Assembly (NCBI GenBank): GCA_054600435.1 | Contig: BAAIJX010000078.1 | Coordinates: forward strand, 1 to 64,000 | DNA: 64,000 nt | Direction of reading: 5' to 3' | Source: Neophaeotheca triangularis | Lineage: Eukaryota | Part shown: positions 56,955 through 64,000 of the stretch, piece by piece | Layout: every line of letters begins with the position of its first letter | How positions within the stretch are numbered: the first letter of the stretch is position 1 | Translations under genes and position numbers: made by a program | The notes under the pieces: model-generated | Database searches by the model: none | Told to the model about the DNA's origin: nothing | What the model saw: only the letters and a program-made list of their open reading frames with translations

Positions 56955-57876
56955 CTAATTCCCCCGCCTATAAGCTCTATACCGATGAAACATCCTCTTG
57001 GCCTGCTTGGGCGTGAAGTGATCCATGCAAGCATCAAAACTATAATCCATGAAATTGTGGATACTGTCCAAGCCCTTGCGATCGGGACAGCTGTCCTTGC
57101 CGGTCGGGCAAGCGTAACTGGGAGTCGACTGACGCGGGGTATCGGGGACGTAGTCGCCGCCGCCGCTGCAGGAACTGCCTTGGAAGACGTGGAAGATGCC
57201 GAGCCAGTGGCCCGTCTCGTGCACGGCGGTGGCGCCGAGGTCGTAGTTGGCGAAGCTGCCGCCGGGGAGGCTGTCGGCGGCGTTGACGCAGCCGTCGAGC
57301 GTGCGTTCCAGGCTCGTCGGGTTCGGCACTGGGAAGTAGCAGAATCCGAGCAGCCCGTCGCGGAGGCGGGAGAAGAAGTAGAGGTTTAGGTCGGCGTAGG
57401 TGCCTTGGCGGAGTTTTTCTTTGAGTTGGATTTCGAGTTCGTCGAAGTCGGCGCCGCTTGAGGGGTCCAGGCCTGGTTCTACCGTGAAGTCGAGGCTGAT
57501 GTAGTTGAAGGAGAAGCCGGTGGAAGCGTAGGCTTCGTTCATTTTTTGCATCTGGGTGGGTGGGGGTTAGTGGATGGTATTTACAGGTGGAGACGGGTCT
57601 CTGTCAACGAACCTGTTGCTCAACTTGCTCCTCGGTGTAAGCGCCTTCTCGGTCGGGCGAGGTGACAATGTGGACGTACGTGTTGACATTGGTCGTCTGC
57701 ACCTTGCCCTGTCGGTTTTCGAGATGAAGAGAGTCGTCTCGAGCATCGATCTCGGGGTCTTCGTTCATGAGCACCACAGGGGGTTCAGGAGCACCACAGC
57801 GTGTGAAACCATCTGGGTCCTGGGCGACGGCCAGAGTCGCCAGAGCGGCCGAAGCCAGCGCGAATGCTACCTTCAT
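56955..57876 (-). CDS. Secreted M43 (pappalysin-like) zinc metalloprotease; exons 57876-57613 and 57551-56955
   Basis: Signal peptide MKVAFALASAALATLAVA, propeptide RCG, LR.G.YADLNLYF, LLGFCYFP, zinc motif HETGHWLGIFH, DYVPDTP, Met-turn NFMDYS. GTTCGT...CTAAC...CAG intron. Confidence 0.93.
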
Positions 57877-59047
57877 GATAGGCAAGTCGATCGCAAGAAG
57901 GGGGAAGGAGAGTGGACGACTTCAAGGACAACGTATAGAGAGGATGTTGAAGAGATGAGCAGATGGCGAACCTACCGACCAGCGAGAGCACATTTATACC
58001 CCCAACCCCTCTCGTCCTCGCAAAAAGGTGCCCAACATATACACACCTGCCTTCCTATCTCGACCCAAAGCTCGCGTGACATGGGCCAGCCAAGAAAAAG
58101 GCGCGAGTGCTTGGACAATAATGCAATGCAACCCTGTGGCCATCAGAGTTCTAGAGATAGACCAAGAGAGAGCACGAGACGTCCAATCTCTCCCCACGGG
58201 CGACGGAAGCGGGTGAACAGACTCCAGTCGACTCTATGACCTGCATCAAGTCTACGAGCTAGTGTACAAAGATCTACAGCGCCAGTATCGCGCCTTCCGA
58301 GTCGAGTTCGAGTTCGAGTCCGAGTCCGAGTGGTGGATGGCGGCCCAGGCGAGAAGAAGGTCTTTCATCACGAGACCGAAGGACTGCGGTGGTAACGTAA
58401 GCTGTTGTTGTTATTATTGATTGATGATGGTGGCAACCTAGGTGTGTGGTGATTCGGTGAAGCTCAGTGGTCCAGAGATGCAGTGATGCAGTGGGTTATT
58501 AGGTAGAGTGTGGAGGGAGTATCGACAGAGTTCACCGGGCCGTTTTTGGTGGGAGAATGCCTCGGCTTGTCTAGGCGCGATTAGGAAGGCAAGGAGAGCT
58601 GGTCTGGAGTCTCTCACTACTGTGACTGTCTGTACCGTTCGTGGGTGACTTCGGGCCAGAGATAACGATTCTTGTTTTCTCTTCCTCTTCTGCCGTTAAG
58701 AGATAAGAGGTTGTCTTGCGTGCAGATGGTCTTGTCTGCAAGCAGGCATAGCTCCGGCTGTCATTTCATCTCATCCTCATTCTCCCCACTTGTACTACTG
58801 CATCTAGTAGAGAACGAGGCATGGACAGCTGTTATATATTGTCTTGCGAGCGATGAGGGCCGTCGGCATAGGGGCATCTCTAGCAAGACGCTGCTACCGC
58901 CACCACTCACAAGGCGCCGGGCCAGGTTGCTATGCACAAATAATGCACCCATGGGTCTGGCGACGGCGGCGGATATCTGAAGGTCTGATTGTGCAGAGCA
59001 AAAGCATCATAGCACAGGACACTGCCGACGGAAAGGTTGAGTAGATT

Positions 59048-59125
59048 GCAGAGTAGAGTAGAGTATAGCAGAGCAGAGCAGAGCAGAGTAGTAGAGCAGA
59101 GCAGAGCAGAGCATAGTAGAGTAGA
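59048..59125. repeat. Imperfect (AGAGC/AGAGT)n microsatellite
   Basis: Seen directly; a (GCATA)n run also lies at about 59335-59360. Confidence 0.9.
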
Positions 59126-59878
59126 ACAAAGCAACCAGAGACAGCCAACCTATTTTTACATATAGTAAAACCATACCCTTCGTCCATCAAGGTGGTCATC
59201 CACACGTAAAAAACTTAGCAAGTCTACAGACAGACAGGCGGGGGGTCCTTCCTACGGCCCACAAGCAGTACAAAAACAACAACCCCCCCCCCCCCTGACC
59301 TTCGCTACAAGCACGCAAGACCGGCACGCCATTGTAGCATAGCATAGCATAGCATAGCATACCTATGGTACAGTAGGTCTCCACCGCGCACGACCCAGCA
59401 CGCCATTCAACCCAAGGGAAATGACGAAAGTGCAAACACCACCCAGCATTCATGATCGACGAAACGACCGCTCAAGTAACGCAGCTAATAAGAGCGGTAA
59501 AAAGGATCATATACCCAGATCTGTCCACAGTATATGTATAGATATATATATGTGTACCCACCACCCCCTTTTATTCCTCCCCCTAACAACAGAAAAACTT
59601 GGAGAGCCGTCCCTTTCCCCCTAGCTTTTCGCAACCTTTCACTTGTCAACTGTCCATCCACTAGACCACCGATACTTTTACACCCCTCTCACAAAGCATC
59701 ACCGATACTTTGCGCTCTGAAACAAAAAGGAAACGCCAGAAATGCAAAACAAGCATCAAAACACACAAATGATGGGGGAGAGGGAAGAAGAAAAGAAAAA
59801 GAAAAAGGAAAAGCGAAAACGCTCATCAAATTGCACACCCTCCTCATCCCAAATGTACACCCAAATCCAAATCCATCT

Positions 59879-62089
59879 CTACCTCCCATCCCCACTCCCC
59901 CCAGCCCCAACCTCGCCCTCCTTCATCTCCCCCTCCTCCCCAGGCAGGAAAATCTCATGCCCACTCCCGTTCTTCACCCACAAAGCTGCCACGCAACCCA
60001 CCGCCGCCACACAACCCACAATCCACCAACTCATGCCCACAACGCCCCTGTCGAGCCAAATCCCATACCAGAACCCCGCCAACATGGGTCCCAGAGTGCG
60101 GAAAGTGGCGCTGCAAGCCTGGCCGACGCCGTGGATGGTCGCGAGGACAGAGGGGTGGGGGGAGGAGTTGTTGAGGAGGATGATGGAAGCCGGCAGGGCA
60201 AAGGTTCGGGCTGAGACTTGGAGGAGCAGGACGAAGGAGATGCCGGCCCAGATTGCGAAGCCCGACGAGGGTTCAGGTGAGGGCGTGGACGAGGGGAGGA
60301 GGGCGATGTAGGGGGCGAGGAAGTAGGCGGCTGGGAAGAGGATGAGGGAGCTCCGGAAGCAGCGCATTAGGCCGAATCGTGAGTTGGCCCAGGGGTACAG
60401 GAGAAATTGTAGGGCGACGCCGATGAAGCCGATGATGGCCATGGCGAAGCCGATGGTGGGAGGCGGGAAGGCGAGGCCTTGGGAGAATTTGAAAAAAGAG
60501 TGTGGGGGGACATAGTCCGGGGGTGCGTTTTCCGGGATGAATTGGCGAGGGGTGGCGAGGAAGAGGATCCAGAGGTTGGCAAAGGCGCCCATGTGAAAGT
60601 CGAAGATGGCAATGGTGACGAGAGTCCAGAGGACGTTGGAGGTCCAAATGCGGCGGAATGGGAGGCGTTGGATGGGGCGGGCTTGGTCGCGTTCGCCGGT
60701 GCTGTTGAGACGGTCCATTTCGAACGAGTTCCGTTCTTGGCCAGACAACAGGCCGTGGCGTTGCGTCTCTTGCAGCGCTTTATAACCCTTTTCGCGCGCA
60801 TTTGTGATTTGACCCGTGACTGAGCGGAACAAGGCTATCGGATCGAGTTTGGAGAGCTGCAGCGGCTTCTTCCCCTTGAGCGTCTCCTCCAGCCCAAAAT
60901 ACACCAACGCAGCCTCCGCAAACAACAGCGCCGTACTAAGCAAGTTGGCCACCGCATAGGGATAATCGCGCATCCACGCAACCCCACTCGCGCCACCAAA
61001 CGTACTCCCCTCGCCAAACATGTGCGGGAAGTTCTTCACCGGCTCAACCAACAAGCCCCCCAAAATCGGACCCAGCACATTCGCAACATTAAAAGCCGCC
61101 GGCAACAGCAAAAAAGCGCGCGGATGCCAGGGTTTCGGCGTGACCTCGGCGACCATGGTTCTCGCAGACCCAACCGTGCCATTGATAGCGCCGCTCATAA
61201 CTCGCCAAAACACCGCCTGCCCGAACGTCGTGCTGAAGCCCACTCCTATACACCCAAACCCCGTTCCCACCAGCCCAATCAACAAGACCAACTTCCTGCC
61301 CACGCTCGGCTGGTCCGCCGCCCGCCCCCATAATATGCTCGTAACGATTTGTGCGGCTGTGAACGACCCCTGTAATATGCCTGCTTGGTGGGAAATGGCG
61401 GAATCGGGCTGTTCTGGGTCAAAGGATTTGAGCTGGTGCACCATATATGTTTGTATCGCTGCCATTTGAAAGAAATCCACGAACCGCGAGCAAGCGAGGA
61501 TAGCGAGCTGGATTTTATTAGGCATGTTGCCCCACGAGGGGGTCGGGGGTGTGTAGGTGGAAACATTGCTTTTGGCGAGGTGCTCGGCGGACTCGAGGTT
61601 TGGGGTTGAGGCGCCAGAGGGGAGCGTCAGGGGTGGGGATATGGGGCGGAGGGTTTGTTCTTGTCGGTATTGAGCAGAGGTTTTGCGTTTGCTGTCGTAG
61701 TCGTGGTGGTGAGTGGACATGTTGTCGTCTTTGTCGTATCCGCCATTACCGTCTTCCAGTCTATGAGGGGAGTAGCCTGTCCGTGTTACCGTCGGGGCAT
61801 TGCTGCCGTAGTAGGGTTCTTCGTCGGCGTAGGGTGAGTCCGTGTCGAGCGGTTTATCGTGTTGGTTGTGCTGGAGGCTTTGTCGCGGGAGTGAGGGTTG
61901 CTGGTGTTGCGGAACTGAGAGGGAGGTGGTGCGTCGCTGGGCGTCTTGGGATTGGGAGGGGGTCTCGGGATGGTGGTAGTCGTACTCGTCGTCGTAGTCG
62001 TAGTCGTAGGAGGCGGAGGTTTCCCGTTGACGGAGAGGCCGCGACGAGTTGCGCTTGTGTGCCTGCGAGGCGCTGCGTTGGTGAGCCAT
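59879..62089 (-). CDS. Major facilitator superfamily transporter with a long hydrophilic N-terminus, 736 aa
   Basis: QLAILACSRFVD, motif-A-like WGRAAD...GRKLVL, R...GAING......TMVAE, GPILGG, LATIHGVGQ....FRTLGP; about twelve hydrophobic segments. Confidence 0.9.
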   Translation of the reverse strand: MAHQRSASQAHKRNSSRPLRQRETSASYDYDYDDEYDYHHPETPSQSQDAQRRTTSLSVPQHQQPSLPRQSLQHNQHDKPLDTDSPYADEEPYYGSNAPTVTRTGYSPHRLEDGNGGYDKDDNMSTHHHDYDSKRKTSAQYRQEQTLRPISPPLTLPSGASTPNLESAEHLAKSNVSTYTPPTPSWGNMPNKIQLAILACSRFVDFFQMAAIQTYMVHQLKSFDPEQPDSAISHQAGILQGSFTAAQIVTSILWGRAADQPSVGRKLVLLIGLVGTGFGCIGVGFSTTFGQAVFWRVMSGAINGTVGSARTMVAEVTPKPWHPRAFLLLPAAFNVANVLGPILGGLLVEPVKNFPHMFGEGSTFGGASGVAWMRDYPYAVANLLSTALLFAEAALVYFGLEETLKGKKPLQLSKLDPIALFRSVTGQITNAREKGYKALQETQRHGLLSGQERNSFEMDRLNSTGERDQARPIQRLPFRRIWTSNVLWTLVTIAIFDFHMGAFANLWILFLATPRQFIPENAPPDYVPPHSFFKFSQGLAFPPPTIGFAMAIIGFIGVALQFLLYPWANSRFGLMRCFRSSLILFPAAYFLAPYIALLPSSTPSPEPSSGFAIWAGISFVLLLQVSARTFALPASIILLNNSSPHPSVLATIHGVGQACSATFRTLGPMLAGFWYGIWLDRGVVGMSWWIVGCVAAVGCVAALWVKNGSGHEIFLPGEEGEMKEGEVGAGGSGDGR

Positions 62090-63304
62090 TGAGTTTGCGA
62101 GTGACGCGCCGCGCCGGAGATAAGAGTGACGGGGTCGGAAGCTGGTTGAAGTATGTGGCAGCGATGATGCCGAGACTTGAGAGAGAGCTGAAGGTGTGCT
62201 TCCGTGTCTACGGTCTACCTTCTAGTGTGGGAGGGGTGCTCAGGTTGCCTTGGCCCGGGTGGCACCTCAACTTTCTGTTCTCGTCCTCCCCTCTGCTCCC
62301 CCTCCCATCCGACACGAGGTACGAGTAACGACTGTAGTAGTAGCAGTAGTAACAATATCGATTAACGCCCGGGTATAGTTTGCTAGCCAGCCGAGCTCGA
62401 TGGCAGAAGTGAGCGGAAGTCGACGGCAGCAACAAAAAGCAACCCACTAAGCTCATGCAGTACTGTGGCTCAGAACAAAGTCTCGGGTTTGCTAAGGTTG
62501 TTGTAGGTAGCACAGCATCATGTAGGGGGAAAAGTGTCAGTCAATTCCCCAGTTAAAAAGCAAAGATACCTTACTGTACCTACCTACCTCACTCTACCCA
62601 ATCATTACCCCTAGCAAGGTACCTACCCAATCTACACAGGCCAGCCAATTCATTGCCAAGTCGATTCCATCCGGCATTGCGCGTCGCGTGCGGCGTAGAT
62701 CAATTAATGTACCTGCAAAGCCCACACAAACGAGATGTAGATAAAGGTCAGAAACAGTTCATCACGCCCGTCACTCCATGGTAAAACACACGCCTCAGAT
62801 CTGGACAAGCTCGGTGAAACACAAGTCAGATACAAAAGCAGAGTAAAAGTAAATCCGAGGCAAGACTGATTACGACGCTGCTTCAAAAGCACTCACTGGC
62901 CGCCACTGGAGATCTGGATAACCGAGACAGTACAAAGTGACCATCAATCCCGTCGGCTAGAATCAATTGCCATTATCGAATATTAGGCGGGGGAGAAACG
63001 CGTCGGGAAGCGCAAACACCCAACCCTGAGGTCGAAACGATGATAAGGGCTGCTTATAGCACATTGAACGCGTGTTCTCGTCCTGCAGTTGTCCCTCCCT
63101 CCCTATTGACCTACTACCATCAATAATCATCTCGGCAATGCTGCATCTGAGCAAAGGGTATATTGGAAATGCTAGCGGTAACGACTACTGCTAACAGGAG
63201 CTCGCTATGCAAAGTCGAGACGGATTCAAAATGCCTCCGCCGTACAAAAACACCCATCTCCAATGCAGACTCTTGAGACTATGCACAGCGACACAAGACA
63301 TTCT

Positions 63305-64000
63305 TCATCGCGCATCTGCACCGGCGTCCGCATCCCCCTCCCCTTGTCCACCCCTACCACTCCCATGCCCCTCCTTACTCCCGTCTCCAGAATTGCTACC
63401 GCTAGAGGCACTCTCGCTCCCCTCCATCTCCCTAATCCTCCCATACGCACCGCGGCCCTTGTCAAACTTATCCGCCCCCTGCAGAGGGAAAAGATTCTTC
63501 CCCTCATGCCAAGCCTCCTTCGCCTGCCCAAAAGCCCCACGCTTCCAAGCGACGAAAACCGCGACTCCAAGACCACCTATAACTAGCACGAGGAAGGTGA
63601 AAACTCCCAGTACAGTGAAGAAGCCGAAGCTGGAGTATGTTTTGCCGCTACCGGTGTATTTGTCGCTCTTGGCGGCGTTGGAGGTGCTTTTCTCGCCCGG
63701 GAGGGTGGCGTAGTAGTGGGAAGTGTCGAAGCCGCGGTTGGGGGAGAGGTAGGCAGCGGGGACGGAGGTGGAGGCTTCGTAGGGGGTTTCGTCCTTGGCG
63801 TGTTCGGGCTTACTGCATCCGCGATCGTCACAGTGGTCCCGGAGCGAGTCGCTGGGGATAAAGGTGCGGGCTATGACTGAACTCGCGAGAGCGTGGCCTT
63901 TGACGTCGAGAGCTTGGGCGTAGCTCCAAGGCGCGAGGGTGGGGGTGTGCCACTCGGTTTCGAAGCCGGTTTTGGTGGCGTTGCCTGCGAGGTGCCAGGG
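63305..64000 (-). CDS. 3' part of a single-pass membrane protein, probably arylsulfotransferase (ASST)-domain; 5' end beyond window
   Basis: The frame is open from 64000: PWHLAGNATKTGFETEW...YAQALDVKGHALASS..RTFIP....C...GC, then a transmembrane segment (FFTVLGVFTFLVLVIGGLGVAVFVAW) and a tail. KxGFET and A-LD-x-x-G resemble fungal ASST C-termini as I recall them. Confidence 0.65.
   Translation of the reverse strand, partial: PWHLAGNATKTGFETEWHTPTLAPWSYAQALDVKGHALASSVIARTFIPSDSLRDHCDDRGCSKPEHAKDETPYEASTSVPAAYLSPNRGFDTSHYYATLPGEKSTSNAAKSDKYTGSGKTYSSFGFFTVLGVFTFLVLVIGGLGVAVFVAWKRGAFGQAKEAWHEGKNLFPLQGADKFDKGRGAYGRIREMEGSESASSGSNSGDGSKEGHGSGRGGQGEGDADAGADAR

Noticed and set aside
58298..58331. 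GTTCGAGTC resembling a tRNA T-loop
   Set aside because: Part of a (GAGTYC)n hexamer repeat; no cloverleaf or A box.
62905..62930. GATCTGGATAA resembling part of a TPP riboswitch
   Set aside because: Lacks the following TGCCAGCG-like segment and a properly placed upstream CTGAGA; no thiamine gene adjacent.
4131..63861. Many long antisense or alternate-frame ORFs overlapping real genes (e.g. 4131-5159, 7738-8730, 22634-23623, 29181-29966, 38722-39513, 61549-62328)
   Set aside because: Shadow ORFs expected from GC-rich, biased codon use opposite or within well-supported CDSs; no recognisable motifs.
1..64000. CRISPR arrays, prokaryotic operons or defence systems, transposons
   Set aside because: The sequence is intron-containing fungal DNA. 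No repeat-spacer arrays, transposase or reverse transcriptase motifs, LTRs or terminal inverted repeats were seen.

Overview
Eukaryotic, gene-dense fungal DNA. Spliceosomal introns have GT(A/G)NGT donors, CTRAC branch points and YAG/AAG acceptors. Gene content and style suggest a filamentous ascomycete, probably a Dothideomycete (inference). I can support 23 protein-coding genes, mostly with hand-built exon structures. In order: 3' end of isocitrate lyase, TAM41, BIR1, a GH5 hydrolase, DEG1/PUS3, PIG-H/GPI15, an orphan ORF, SPB4, a nucleotide-sugar transporter divergent from UDP-glucose dehydrogenase, an unknown protein, mitochondrial SerRS, CCDC124/LSO2, an atypical Rho-like GTPase, UaY/Ppr1, a PDR ABC transporter, an SDR, a large disordered protein, PDK1/Pkh kinase, a J-domain protein, an M43 metalloprotease, an MFS transporter and the 3' end of a probable arylsulfotransferase-domain protein. 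I found no tRNA, rRNA, transposon, CRISPR array or secondary-metabolite backbone gene. This is mostly ordinary core genome. The best leads are: (1) a 480-nt stop-free, in-frame, canonically spliceable intron inside the J-protein; (2) recurrent sharp C/A-rich to G/T-rich strand-skew flips that override synonymous codon choice; (3) a large protein with a Cdc26-like N-terminus plus a PAM2-like motif; (4) a Rho-like GTPase with degenerate switch motifs; (5) the head-to-head UGD/nucleotide-sugar transporter pair. All family calls come from motif recognition by eye, not database searches.
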